A DNA stretch of 64,000 nucleotides from positions 7,592 to 71,591 of the forward strand of contig JBIQJY010000003.1 of NCBI GenBank assembly GCA_044507065.1, given 5' to 3'. The position numbers and the translations under genes are program-made. The notes beneath the pieces are model-generated. The model was not told the DNA's origin. It worked only from the letters and a program-made list of their open reading frames with translations, and did not search any database. The stretch is from Acidobacteriota bacterium (GTDB lineage Bacteria > Acidobacteriota > Vicinamibacteria > Vicinamibacterales > SCN-69-37). Positions 54,341 to 63,547 of the stretch are shown piece by piece. Numbering within the stretch: the first letter of the stretch is position 1; each line of letters begins with the position of its first letter.

Positions 54341-54353
54341 GGTGTGTCACACC
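54341..54353. promoter_or_regulatory. palindrome GGTGTGTCACACC (candidate enhancer-binding-protein UAS), preceded by a GGTGTG half-site
   Basis: Read directly, about 80 nt upstream of the sigma-54 promoter. An extra GGTGTG lies at 54333-54338. Confidence 0.4.
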
Positions 54354-54399
54354 CTCGGGCACCTCGCACAGCGGCGTCGACTCGAGAAAGCTTGTGGCT

Positions 54400-54666
54400 C
54401 TAGGGTTCCTGCGGTGCGGGAATCGAGGCAGGCGACGCCGGGGCGGGGGCCGCAACCTCGTCGCCCTGCGCCTTGATGCGGCGATGGATCCAGTACGCGA
54501 GGCCGCCGAGGAACGCGAGCGGCACAATCGACAGCATCATCGTCATCGCGAAGTAGGCCCAGCCGTTGTTGCCGGGCCCGGCAAGTCCGCACACGGGGCA
54601 GGCCAGCGCCGGCGCGGGCGCGAGCACGACGAACAGCAGGGCAACGAGCAGCAAGCGAGTCTTCAT
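54400..54666 (-). CDS. small membrane protein with a CPVC motif (88 aa), last gene of the second oxidase operon
   Basis: Signal peptide MKTRLLLVALLFVVLAPAPALA, then CPVCG, one TM helix, and a Pro/Ala-rich tail. Confidence 0.5.
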   Translation of the reverse strand: MKTRLLLVALLFVVLAPAPALACPVCGLAGPGNNGWAYFAMTMMLSIVPLAFLGGLAYWIHRRIKAQGDEVAAPAPASPASIPAPQEP

Positions 54667-54755
54667 GTCGAACCCTCCAGCCGAGGCCTCAGGCGCCGGG
54701 GATGTTCACCCGGCCGCCCTCCATTGCGGCCCGTCGGCTCGAAGCGCAGGCGTCG

Positions 54756-55346
54756 CTAGAAGTACACCCGCAGATATATCACCGGCCAGATCCCGACGAC
54801 GAAGTACCAGAACGTCTGGGCGCCGAAGAAGAAACCCGGCGTGAGTGTGCCGCGGCCGAGACGCCGCCAGGCCACTGCCAGGGCCGCCACCGCCGCGACC
54901 GCGTGCAGCGCGTGCGTCCCGACGATGAGGTAGAAGAACGCGCTGAGCGTGCCGGACCAGATGGTCACGCCCTGGCTGAGCAGCGCCCACCACTCGCGGC
55001 CCTGCAGCACGACGAACAGTGCCCCGAGCAGCGTGGACGCCAGCAGGAGCGGCCGGGCTCCGGCCCTGTCGCCCGCGCGATAGCGGCGATTGGCGAGGAA
55101 CATCACCACGGCGCTGGCCACCAGCGCGATCGAATTGAACGCGGTCTCGGCGGCCGGGAGCACGAGGCCCGAGGGCAGGCTCCAGGCGAGCGTCGGCGAG
55201 CCGGCACGGGTGATCGTGAAGGCGCTGATCAGCCCGGCGAAGAACATCAGCTCGGTGCCGACGAAGACCAGCATGCCGAACACGCTGGTCGGCACGACCT
55301 CGCGCCGGCGGCGCACGGCCGGTGCCGCCGATACGCCCGTGGTCAT
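54756..55346 (-). CDS. cytochrome c oxidase subunit III-like paralogue
   Basis: 196 aa, 5 TM. Has VFVGTELMFFAGLISAF and YLIVGTHALHAV, which resemble subunit III helices. Confidence 0.7.
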   Translation of the reverse strand: MTTGVSAAPAVRRRREVVPTSVFGMLVFVGTELMFFAGLISAFTITRAGSPTLAWSLPSGLVLPAAETAFNSIALVASAVVMFLANRRYRAGDRAGARPLLLASTLLGALFVVLQGREWWALLSQGVTIWSGTLSAFFYLIVGTHALHAVAAVAALAVAWRRLGRGTLTPGFFFGAQTFWYFVVGIWPVIYLRVYF

Positions 55347-55347
55347 G

Positions 55348-55707
55348 TCAGTGTCCCTCCGGATGGCCGGCGCCGGGCGCCGGCTCCTCGTACAGCTTCT
55401 CCCAGTGATGCCCCTGGCTCTCGAGCACGTCCGGTGCGATCCCGGCGAACATCACCAGCATGAACGCCAGCATGACGCCAAGGATGAACACGACCCACTT
55501 CGGCTCGATGTGCAGGTGCATGAAGTGCTTCGCGACCATCCAGGCCTTCACGATGGCGATACCGAACGCGGTGATGAGCGTCACCACGCGGATGCCCAGC
55601 TCGGGCCCGATGACGCTGACGATGAGGAGCACCACGAGGATGCCCCAGATCTTCACGTAGTGGGACGTGCCGTGGGCGTCGGATGCGGCGTGTGCGTGTT
55701 CAGCCAT
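55348..55707 (-). CDS. cytochrome c oxidase subunit IV-like small subunit
   Basis: 119 aa with three helices (YVKIWGILVVLLIVSVIGP..., FGIAIVKAWMVAKHFMHL). Confidence 0.75.
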   Translation of the reverse strand: MAEHAHAASDAHGTSHYVKIWGILVVLLIVSVIGPELGIRVVTLITAFGIAIVKAWMVAKHFMHLHIEPKWVVFILGVMLAFMLVMFAGIAPDVLESQGHHWEKLYEEPAPGAGHPEGH

Positions 55708-55711
55708 GGCG

Positions 55712-56296
55712 CTATTTCGCGATGTAGAGCAGCGGGAACAGGAAGATCCAGACCAGGTCGACGAAGTGCCAGTAGATCCCGATGTTCTCGATCCGGTGCA
55801 GCTCCTCGTTGCGCTTCGCGCGCTGCGCGACGATGAGCATGATGATCATGCCGGCGATGACGTGCAGCCCGTGCAGGCCCGCCGCCGTGTAATAGAACGA
55901 CCAGAACAGGTTCGACGCGATCGTGTAACCGTGCTGGATCTCGTAGGTCCACTCGAAACCCTTGACCACGAGGAACGTCGCGCCACCGAGGACCGTGTAA
56001 TACAGGAGCCGCGCGGCTTTCGCGCCCTCGCCCCGCTGGGCCGCCTGGTGCGCGAGCACCGCCGACAGGCTCGAGGTGAGCAGCACCAGGGTGTTGAACG
56101 CACCGGCCAGAGTATTGGTGACCGCCGCCTGCTCCGCCCACGCGTCGTGGCGCAGGCGCAACATGACATAGGCCCCCAGCAGGCCGCCGAAGATCACGAT
56201 CTCCGACGCGATCACCCACCAGACGGCCAGCCGGCCGGTGGGAATGTCCATGACGCTTCGCGTCGTTGCGATGGGCTTCGTCGACACGTCAACCAA
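55712..56296 (-). CDS. coxC: cytochrome c oxidase subunit III (short 5-TM form)
   Basis: [51 protein letters not shown]. Confidence 0.9.
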   Translation of the reverse strand: MVDVSTKPIATTRSVMDIPTGRLAVWWVIASEIVIFGGLLGAYVMLRLRHDAWAEQAAVTNTLAGAFNTLVLLTSSLSAVLAHQAAQRGEGAKAARLLYYTVLGGATFLVVKGFEWTYEIQHGYTIASNLFWSFYYTAAGLHGLHVIAGMIIMLIVAQRAKRNEELHRIENIGIYWHFVDLVWIFLFPLLYIAK

Positions 56297-56311
56297 CTCC
56301 TTGTGACTCGA

Positions 56312-58036
56312 TCACGCGAGCTTCGCTTCGGGCTCGCCGGGCGGCGTCGACGGTCCGGGCTCGTCCTGCGGCCAGTAGTCCTCGTCGCGCCCCTCGACGC
56401 TGAACTCGTAGGGGCCGCGGTAGACGGTCGGCATCACCGCGAAATTGCCGTGCGGCGGCGGCGACGGCACCGTCCATTCGAGCGTGTTCGCCTGCCACGG
56501 GTTGTTCCCGGCCACCTTGCCGCGGAACATGCTGTGGAAGAAGTTGTAGATGAAGATCGGCTGGAACGCGATGAGCGCGACGAGCGCCATCGTGGCCACC
56601 ACGCGCAGCGGCTGCAGGCTCGCCAGCTCGGGGAACGCCGAGTAGTCGAAGATGCGCCGGTGGTCGCCGGCCGCGCCGGTCAGGAACAGCGGGATGAAGA
56701 TGAAGTTGAAGGCAATGACCGTGCCCCAGAAGTGAATCTTCCCCAGCCGCTCGTTCATCATCCGGCCGAACATCTTGGGGAACCAGTAGCTCACCCCCGC
56801 GAACGTCCCGATGAAGGCAATCGGGAAGAACGTGTAGTGGAAGTGCGCCAGGACGAAGTACGTGTCGTGGAAGTACACGTCGGCGCCCGCCGCGCCGAGG
56901 AAGATGCCCGTGACGCCGCCAATCAGGAACTCGGCGATGAACGCGAGCGCCCACAGCATCGGCGTCGTGAACCGGATCGATCCGCCGTAGAGCGTGGCGA
57001 TGTAGACGAACATCATCTCGGCAATCGGCACCGAGATGATGAGCGTGGTCACCGTGAACAACCCGGCCATGCGCGGGTCGATGCCCGCGACGAACTGGTG
57101 GTGCGCCCACACGAAGAAGCTGATGATGCTCGTGGCCACCGCCGTGTAGACGACCGTCCGGTAGGCGAACAGCTTCTTGCGGGCGAAGACGGTCATCACC
57201 TCGGCCACGATGCCGAGCGCCGGCAGCAGCACGACGTAGACCTCGGGATGGCCGAAGAACCAGAAGAGGTGCTGCCAGAGCACCGGGTCGCCGCCGACGG
57301 CCGGGTCGAAGAAGCCGGTATTGATCGTCTGGTCGAACAGCAGCATGATCGCGCCGGCAATCAGCGGCCCGACCGACGCCATGAAGACCAGGCTGGCCAG
57401 CACGATCATCCAGACGACGATCGGCACGTCGAACATCTTCATGCCCGGCGCCCGCGAGTTCATGGCGGTGGTCACGAAGTTGATGCCGCCGAGCAGGAAC
57501 GCGATGAACTCGATCCCGACGGCAATCAGCCACAGCGTCGCGCCCCACGGCGTGCCGTTGTAGGCCGGCTCGGCCGAGAGCGGCGGGTAGGCGGTCCAGG
57601 CACCGCCGAACGGCCCGCCCGGCACCCAGAAGGTCGACAGCACGATGAGCGCGCTCAACAGGAACAGCTGGTACGACAGCCGGTTGAGCTTGGGAAAGAC
57701 CATGTCGTCCGCGCCGATCATCAGCGGGATGAGGAAGTTCCCGAAGGCCGCGATGAGCACCGGCATGGCGACCCAGAAGACCATGATGCTGCCGTGCATC
57801 GTGACCAGGGCGTTGTAGTCGGTGGCGTTCACGTAGCCGAAGAACGGCACGGACTGTCCGGGAAACGCCAGCTGCATCCGGAACACGTAGACGGTGAACC
57901 CTCCGATGAGGGCCATCGCCATTCCGGTGAAGAGGTACTGCATTCCGATCATCTTGTGATCGGTGGACCACAGGTACTTGCGGAAGAACCCGACCGATTC
58001 GTGCCCGTGATCGGCATGCGCCGCGTGCGCGCTCAT
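56312..58036 (-). CDS. coxA: cytochrome c oxidase subunit I, A1-type
   Basis: ATG 58034-58036 overlaps the coxB stop (ATGA). Canonical FWFFGHPEVYVVLLP and WAHHQF. 574 aa. Confidence 0.95.
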   Translation of the reverse strand: MSAHAAHADHGHESVGFFRKYLWSTDHKMIGMQYLFTGMAMALIGGFTVYVFRMQLAFPGQSVPFFGYVNATDYNALVTMHGSIMVFWVAMPVLIAAFGNFLIPLMIGADDMVFPKLNRLSYQLFLLSALIVLSTFWVPGGPFGGAWTAYPPLSAEPAYNGTPWGATLWLIAVGIEFIAFLLGGINFVTTAMNSRAPGMKMFDVPIVVWMIVLASLVFMASVGPLIAGAIMLLFDQTINTGFFDPAVGGDPVLWQHLFWFFGHPEVYVVLLPALGIVAEVMTVFARKKLFAYRTVVYTAVATSIISFFVWAHHQFVAGIDPRMAGLFTVTTLIISVPIAEMMFVYIATLYGGSIRFTTPMLWALAFIAEFLIGGVTGIFLGAAGADVYFHDTYFVLAHFHYTFFPIAFIGTFAGVSYWFPKMFGRMMNERLGKIHFWGTVIAFNFIFIPLFLTGAAGDHRRIFDYSAFPELASLQPLRVVATMALVALIAFQPIFIYNFFHSMFRGKVAGNNPWQANTLEWTVPSPPPHGNFAVMPTVYRGPYEFSVEGRDEDYWPQDEPGPSTPPGEPEAKLA

Positions 58037-58782
58037 TCCATGTCTCCCGTCACGTGTGTGGCGCTCGCCGTCCGGGCGATCGCGCCACTGTTGCCGGCCG
58101 GCGCCGAGGCCAGCCCTGTCCCGGCCGCACTCGCCAGCCACGCCTGGTGTTCCTCGGCGGACCGCACGTGGATGACCGCGGGCATCAGGCCGTGCCCGAT
58201 GCCGCAGATCTCGGCGCACTGCACGTCGAAGTCACCGGTCTCGGTCGCGCGGAACCACCCCAGAATCGCGCGGCCGGGCACCGCGTCCTGCTTCAGCCGG
58301 AAGACCGGCACCGAGAAGCTGTGCACGACGTCGCGCGAGTGCAGTTCGAACCAGTAGGTCCGGCCGACCTGCACGTGCATGTCGTCGACCGTGCGGATGT
58401 CGTCGGCCGTGTCGAGCTCGCCGTCCGGCCCGGCGTGCACGAACGTCCACGCCCACTGCTGCGCGATGACGCGGACGCGCTCCTCGCTGGGGGGGGCGGA
58501 AATCTTGATGTCGTTCCAGACCCGCAGCGCGAAGATCAGGATCAGGATGTCGAACATCAGCACCGCGTAGTGCGGCCACGACACCCAGCGCTTCTGACTC
58601 TTGATCTCGCCCGCGATGTACATCGCCTTCTCGCCGTCGCGCGCGCGGAACCGCCAGAGCAGCCAGAAGAACAGCACCTCGGCCGCCACGAACCAGGCGC
58701 CGACGATGACGGCGATCAACAGGATGAGGTTGTCGACATCGGCCGCGTAGGTCGACGCCTGCAGCAGATACCAGGAAGGCAT
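58033..58782 (-). CDS. coxB: cytochrome c oxidase subunit II (CuA, no fused cytochrome c)
   Basis: Two TM helices and CuA motif HSFSVP...CAEICGIGHGLM. Confidence 0.9.
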   Translation of the reverse strand: MPSWYLLQASTYAADVDNLILLIAVIVGAWFVAAEVLFFWLLWRFRARDGEKAMYIAGEIKSQKRWVSWPHYAVLMFDILILIFALRVWNDIKISAPPSEERVRVIAQQWAWTFVHAGPDGELDTADDIRTVDDMHVQVGRTYWFELHSRDVVHSFSVPVFRLKQDAVPGRAILGWFRATETGDFDVQCAEICGIGHGLMPAVIHVRSAEEHQAWLASAAGTGLASAPAGNSGAIARTASATHVTGDME

Positions 58783-58785
58783 GGG

Positions 58786-58899
58786 TCAGAGCCTCACAAG
58801 GACGTAAGCGGCAATCGCGTAGAGCACCGCGCCGCCGAGCGTCCAGAGAAACACGGTCCGCCCGATGGCGGTGGGGTCGTCCTGATCAGGGTGTGCCAT
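58786..58899 (-). CDS. 37-aa single-TM micro-protein immediately upstream of coxB (below the ORF-track size cut-off)
   Basis: My translation: MAHPDQDDPTAIGRTVFLWTLGGAVLYAIAAYVLVRL. The stop is 3 nt before the coxB ATG. GC-rich third codon positions match neighbouring genes. Confidence 0.5.
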   Translation of the reverse strand: MAHPDQDDPTAIGRTVFLWTLGGAVLYAIAAYVLVRL

Positions 58900-58917
58900 G
58901 AATAACTATCCCGAACG

Positions 58918-59571
58918 TCAGGGCTGCGGAGGCAGCGCATGCACGTACGCCGCAACGCTGTCGACCGCGTCCGGCGTGATGGCCATCGACATCGCGGCCA
59001 TGACGGGGCCGAGCGCGTCGCCCGGTGCCGTGCCGCGGATGCCGCTGCGGAACTTGCGAATCTGCAGGGCCACGTACCAGTCGTCGAGGCCGGCCAGCGG
59101 CGGCGCGTTGACCTCCTGGTTGCCCTCGCCGCTCGGGCCGTGGCAGGCCAGGCACATCGCGTAGGCCTGCTGTCCGGCGGCCGGGTCGGCGGAAATGGTG
59201 GCCGCCGTCACGACTCGCGGCAGCCCGGCGACGTACGCAGCCACCGCATGGCGCTCCGCTTCGTTTCGCACCTGCATCGACATCGGGCGCATCCGGAGGC
59301 CTTCGACGTCATCCGGATGTTTGCCGCGCAGGCCAGTCTGGAACCGCTCGAGCTGCGACGCGATATACCACTCGGGAAGACCCGCAATGGCCGGTGCACC
59401 CTGCACCGTGTCGCCGCCCGCATCCGGGCCATGGCAGGCCACGCAGGCCCGGTACAGCTGCGCCCCGGTGATCTCGCGGCTCGCATCGGCCGGCTGCGCG
59501 CACGCACTTGTCAGGACCGCAACCGCCAGGCAGGCGGCCGCAGCCAGAAAACGAGTGTGAGAGGCGTACAT
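58918..59571 (-). CDS. dihaem class-I cytochrome c (c4-like) lipoprotein/secreted protein
   Basis: ATG 59569-59571 (MYASHTRFLAAAACLAVAVLTSAC). Two CxxCH motifs (CVACH, CLACH), each with a downstream Met. Confidence 0.85.
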   Translation of the reverse strand: MYASHTRFLAAAACLAVAVLTSACAQPADASREITGAQLYRACVACHGPDAGGDTVQGAPAIAGLPEWYIASQLERFQTGLRGKHPDDVEGLRMRPMSMQVRNEAERHAVAAYVAGLPRVVTAATISADPAAGQQAYAMCLACHGPSGEGNQEVNAPPLAGLDDWYVALQIRKFRSGIRGTAPGDALGPVMAAMSMAITPDAVDSVAAYVHALPPQP

Positions 59572-59867
59572 GTTGTAGGTAGTCCTCGCGCCCACCGAAG
59601 CGAGCGCTGCGGCCCAAGCTGGTAGGCGCTGGGGAAGGCAGCGTGAAAACGCTCGTTGGTCGCACGGCGACCGTGGGTGCGCCAAGAGTCTATCACGACC
59701 GTGCGACAGGGGCCGCCACGCGCGGGCGCAGGGCCCGCCTGCGGCCGTATACTCGCGCCAGTACCGATCGATTCGAGTAGCGGAAGTCGAGGGCCTCACC
59801 TCGCGACGGCACGTCGAATCTTACGGCTCGCCGTGCCGGCACAGTCCGAAAGGCCGGGTGACAGAGG

Positions 59868-60785
59868 ATGAGAGCACGCACCGCATGCGCGTTGGTCGCT
59901 GCACTGGGCATCGTCACGGCCGATCGCCTGACGGCCGAGCCGCAATCGCCGCCCGAAACACGCCGGATCTTCGTGACGGCCGTCGACAACAGGGGTACCC
60001 CTGTCACCGACCTCACCGCCGCCGAGTTCGTCGTCAAGGAAGATGGACGCGAGCGCCCCATCGTCAGCGCGGCGCCCGCCACGACGCCGCTCCAGATTGC
60101 GCTGATGATCGACGACAGCGGCCTGGGGCTGCAGGCGATGCGCGAAGGCGCGGCTGCCTTCGTCCGGCACGTGCAGGGCGCCGCCGAAATGGCCGTCATC
60201 ACGACCGGTGGCCGCAACATCGTCCTCTCGGATTTCACGACCGACACCGACCAGCTCATCGCGACCGTCAACAGGATCTATGCGCGCAACCTGACCGGGG
60301 CGTTCCTGACCGACGGGTTCCTGGAAGTCGCGCGCGTGTTCGGCCAGCGCGAGGCGCAACGGCCCGTCATCGTCTCGGTGGGCGTCGAGGGTGAGGACTT
60401 CAGCGCTGCCCGACCAGCCGACGTGCTTGCGGCGCTTCTGCGCACGGGCACGCAGCTCTACATGGTGCGCATCGGACGACCGGTGCTGGGACAGTCGAAC
60501 CCGGCCGCGGCCAACCGCGGGGAATCGCTGGCCGACGAACAGACCCGGTTCAACGCCATCCTCGGACAGGCACCGCCGCGATCGGGCGGGCGCATCGAAC
60601 AACTGACCTCGGATGTCGGCATCCCCGTGCGCATGCAGGCCATCGCCCGAGAGCTGACATCGCAGTACGAAGTGACCTACACCACCGACAAGCCGGACGG
60701 CGTGGAACTGCGACTCGAGGTGTCGTCGCCGCGCCGGGGTGTGCGGTTGCGCGCACCCCAGCGCGTCGGCCAGCCGCGTCAGTAG
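59868..60785 (+). CDS. VWA (von Willebrand factor A) domain protein, acidobacterial TIGR03436-like
   Basis: Signal peptide, then FVTAVDNRGTPVTDLTAAEFVVKEDG and the MIDAS-like LMIDDSG. Confidence 0.75.
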   Translation: MRARTACALVAALGIVTADRLTAEPQSPPETRRIFVTAVDNRGTPVTDLTAAEFVVKEDGRERPIVSAAPATTPLQIALMIDDSGLGLQAMREGAAAFVRHVQGAAEMAVITTGGRNIVLSDFTTDTDQLIATVNRIYARNLTGAFLTDGFLEVARVFGQREAQRPVIVSVGVEGEDFSAARPADVLAALLRTGTQLYMVRIGRPVLGQSNPAAANRGESLADEQTRFNAILGQAPPRSGGRIEQLTSDVGIPVRMQAIARELTSQYEVTYTTDKPDGVELRLEVSSPRRGVRLRAPQRVGQPRQ

Positions 60786-60818
60786 CCAGCGCGGTTCGTG
60801 AGCACGGGCGACACACGC

Positions 60819-62279
60819 CTACCGCGGCACGGGCGTATCGTCGGCCTGCAGATCGCCGAGCGCGTACTGCATCCCGGCAAGGACGTGCTCGAGCATCGGC
60901 GTGTTGGCGTAGATCCGTTCACTGTGACCGAGGGCCAGGTAGAACACGCGCCCCTCGCCTTCCCGACGAATCCAGCTGAGACCATAGTCGCGATCGGCGC
61001 GCGGGTAGTCCTCGAGCGCGCGATCGCCCTCGCTCATCCTGTCGTAGTCGATGCTCGTCAGAACGCGCACGTTGTCGCGCGACCACGAATCGGCGGCCAT
61101 CGTGTAGATCTCGTCGCGGATGTCGAATGACTGGCCATCGAACATGGCCGTCAGCGGACTCGTCGGATCGTCGATCCTGACGGTCACCAGCTGCGGATCG
61201 AGCCAGTGGTACTTGAAGAATCCGCCGATCATCCGGTTGTAGTCGGCCCACGTGCCCACCTGGGTATCGGGCCCCTGCTGCGCGGCAGCCGCCGGCGACG
61301 GCGGCACGAGCGTCCCGAAGAGCGCGAAGTCGGCCTGCGTCAGCCGGCCCGCGCCGTCCGGATCGAGGGTGCGATACCAGGCGTCGGCCAGCGCCTCGAC
61401 CTCGGCGCGATCGAGCCGCTCGTCGCTGTTGCTGTCGCCCTGGGCAAGCATGAGTGAGGCCAGCGTGCCGCCGGCCGAGAACGACTTGAACAGGTCCGCG
61501 ATGCCCCCGCCGGCCGCCGGCGGCGCGCTGTCTTCGTGGTAGGCGTCTGTGGCCGCGTGGATCCCGGCCAGCCCCTTGCCGCCGCGGACGAACTCGCGCA
61601 GCGCGCGGCGCCGGGCCGCGGTGGCCGCCGCGTCGGCCGGATCGTCGAGGAACGCGCCGGTCGTGCTCGCGAGGAACACCGCGTCGAACTGGCGCAGGTT
61701 CTCGGCCGTGACGTCAGCGGCGTCGTAGGAGATGGTCGTCGTCCAGGCGCCGGTCTTCTGGCCGAGCGCGTCGATGGTGGCCGCGGCCAGGGGAATCGAC
61801 GAGTGCACGAACCCGGCCGCGCGCGCCAGCACGAGCACGCGCCGCGGGCTGGCCGGGCGGGCCGGTGCGCTGGCGGGCAGCGCGGCCGTCATTGCCGCGA
61901 CAGAGGCCGGCTCGGGCGTCTGCGGCTGGGCGGCGGTGCCCCCCATGTTGAACGCCGCGGCGAGACTCGAGAGCGGCAGCGCCGCATCGAGCACGGGCTC
62001 GAGCTGTTCGCGTGTCACCGCCCCGGCCTGCGCGGCATCCGCTTCCATGAACCACGCGCCGGTGGCGGCCCGCAGCTCGTCGCGCACGACGAGGCCGTCC
62101 TTGTCGGTGTCGGCGGCTGCGAACAGCAGCGTCGATGTCAGCAGCCCGTTGAGGCTGGCGCTCGTCCCGAGCGGCAGCGTCTGGCCGGCCCGCGCCGGTT
62201 CATTTCCACTCGGGCCGGCCGAACACGCGGCCACGCACACGGCGGCGGCCATCACGGTCATCAGGTGCGATGTTCTCAT
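60819..62279 (-). CDS. ThuA-like (class-I glutamine-amidotransferase-like) domain protein carrying EF-hand calcium-binding loops
   Basis: Lipoprotein-like signal (AAAVCVAAC). EF-hand loops DTDKDGLVVRDE, DSNSDERLDRAE and DPDGAGRLTQAD. ThuA-type C-terminus FYLALGHSERIYANTPMLEHVLAGMQYALGDL. Confidence 0.75.
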   Translation of the reverse strand: MRTSHLMTVMAAAVCVAACSAGPSGNEPARAGQTLPLGTSASLNGLLTSTLLFAAADTDKDGLVVRDELRAATGAWFMEADAAQAGAVTREQLEPVLDAALPLSSLAAAFNMGGTAAQPQTPEPASVAAMTAALPASAPARPASPRRVLVLARAAGFVHSSIPLAAATIDALGQKTGAWTTTISYDAADVTAENLRQFDAVFLASTTGAFLDDPADAAATAARRRALREFVRGGKGLAGIHAATDAYHEDSAPPAAGGGIADLFKSFSAGGTLASLMLAQGDSNSDERLDRAEVEALADAWYRTLDPDGAGRLTQADFALFGTLVPPSPAAAAQQGPDTQVGTWADYNRMIGGFFKYHWLDPQLVTVRIDDPTSPLTAMFDGQSFDIRDEIYTMAADSWSRDNVRVLTSIDYDRMSEGDRALEDYPRADRDYGLSWIRREGEGRVFYLALGHSERIYANTPMLEHVLAGMQYALGDLQADDTPVPR

Positions 62280-62354
62280 CGCGCGATTCTACGCCGGTCG
62301 CCGAACCTGAGTCACAATGTCCTGTTGGCAATCTGCGGGTTCGGGGAGCATGAC

Positions 62355-63533
62355 GTGAACGAGAACGACAGCGAAGACTTTGCGGCAATGTTCGAGGCGT
62401 CGATCCGGACGACTCGCCTCGAGAATGGACAGACGATCGAAGGAACCATCGTGGCGCTCGGCACCGACGTGGCCTTCGTTGACGTCGGCGGCAAGGGCGA
62501 GGCCACCATCGGCCTCGACGAACTGCGGCGGGACGACGGCACGCTCGAGGCGGCCGTAGGCGAGCGCATCCAGGCGACCGTGGTCGGGACCTCGGGCGGC
62601 GTCAGGCTGTCGCGGCGGCTGCAGCGCGGCGCGGCCACGGCGCGGCAGCTCGACGACGCGTTTCGATCCGGGCTGCCGGTCGAAGGCAAGGTCGAGGCCG
62701 AGGTCAAGGGCGGCTTCTCGGTCACCATCGCGGGCCAGCGCGCCTTCTGTCCGTTCTCGCAGATCGACATCGTCCGCGGCACCGATCCGGCATCGCACAT
62801 CGGTCAGGCCTATACGTTCCGGATCATCGAGTACGCCGAGGGCGGGCGGAAGTTCGTCGTCTCACGGCGTGTGCTGCTCGAGGCGGAACAGCAGGCGCGC
62901 GCGGCCGAGGTACGACGCTCGCTCGCCGTCGATGCCGTTGTCACGGGGCGCGTCGTGTCGGTGCGCGATTTCGGCGCGTTCATCGACCTCGGCGGCAACG
63001 TGCAGGGCCTGCTGCACGTCTCCGAGATGGGCTGGACGCGCGTGGGGCACCCGTCCGAGGTGGCGGCGCCCGGACAGGAGCTGACGGTCAAGGTGCTGCG
63101 CATCGACGAGGGTACGGGCCAGATTGCACTCGGCCTGCGCCAGCTGCTGGCCGATCCGTGGGCGGCCGCGCCGGTGACCTTCGCCAGCGGGCAGGTGCGG
63201 CAGGGCCGCGTGGAGCGTCATGCACCGTTCGGCGTGTTCGTGACGCTCGCCGAGGGCATCACCGGCCTCGTGCCCGGCGAGGAGACGGGCCTGCCGCGCG
63301 AGGCCGACATGAAGAAGGCGTTTCCCATTGGCACCGACGTGACGGTCATCGTGCTCGATGTGGACGCCCCGGCGCGACGCATCCGCCTGAGCATCAGGGG
63401 CGTCGGCGTCGCGCGTGAGGCGGCCGAGGTGCGCGAATACACCGAACGGCAGGATGCGACGCCGACGCAGGCGTTCGGCGGATCGCTTGCCGACAAGCTG
63501 CGCGGCGCGCTCGGCACGCGCGAGGATCGCTGA
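62355..63533 (+). CDS. S1 RNA-binding domain protein (four S1 repeats)
   Basis: Repeated S1 signatures (GTIVALGTDVAFVDVGGKGEA, GKVEAEVKGGFSV, GRVVSVRDFGAFIDLG, GRVERHAPFGVFVTL). The start is GTG 62355 or an ATG 33 nt downstream. Confidence 0.85.
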   Translation: MNENDSEDFAAMFEASIRTTRLENGQTIEGTIVALGTDVAFVDVGGKGEATIGLDELRRDDGTLEAAVGERIQATVVGTSGGVRLSRRLQRGAATARQLDDAFRSGLPVEGKVEAEVKGGFSVTIAGQRAFCPFSQIDIVRGTDPASHIGQAYTFRIIEYAEGGRKFVVSRRVLLEAEQQARAAEVRRSLAVDAVVTGRVVSVRDFGAFIDLGGNVQGLLHVSEMGWTRVGHPSEVAAPGQELTVKVLRIDEGTGQIALGLRQLLADPWAAAPVTFASGQVRQGRVERHAPFGVFVTLAEGITGLVPGEETGLPREADMKKAFPIGTDVTVIVLDVDAPARRIRLSIRGVGVAREAAEVREYTERQDATPTQAFGGSLADKLRGALGTREDR

Positions 63534-63547
63534 CCGATCTGGGGCAC

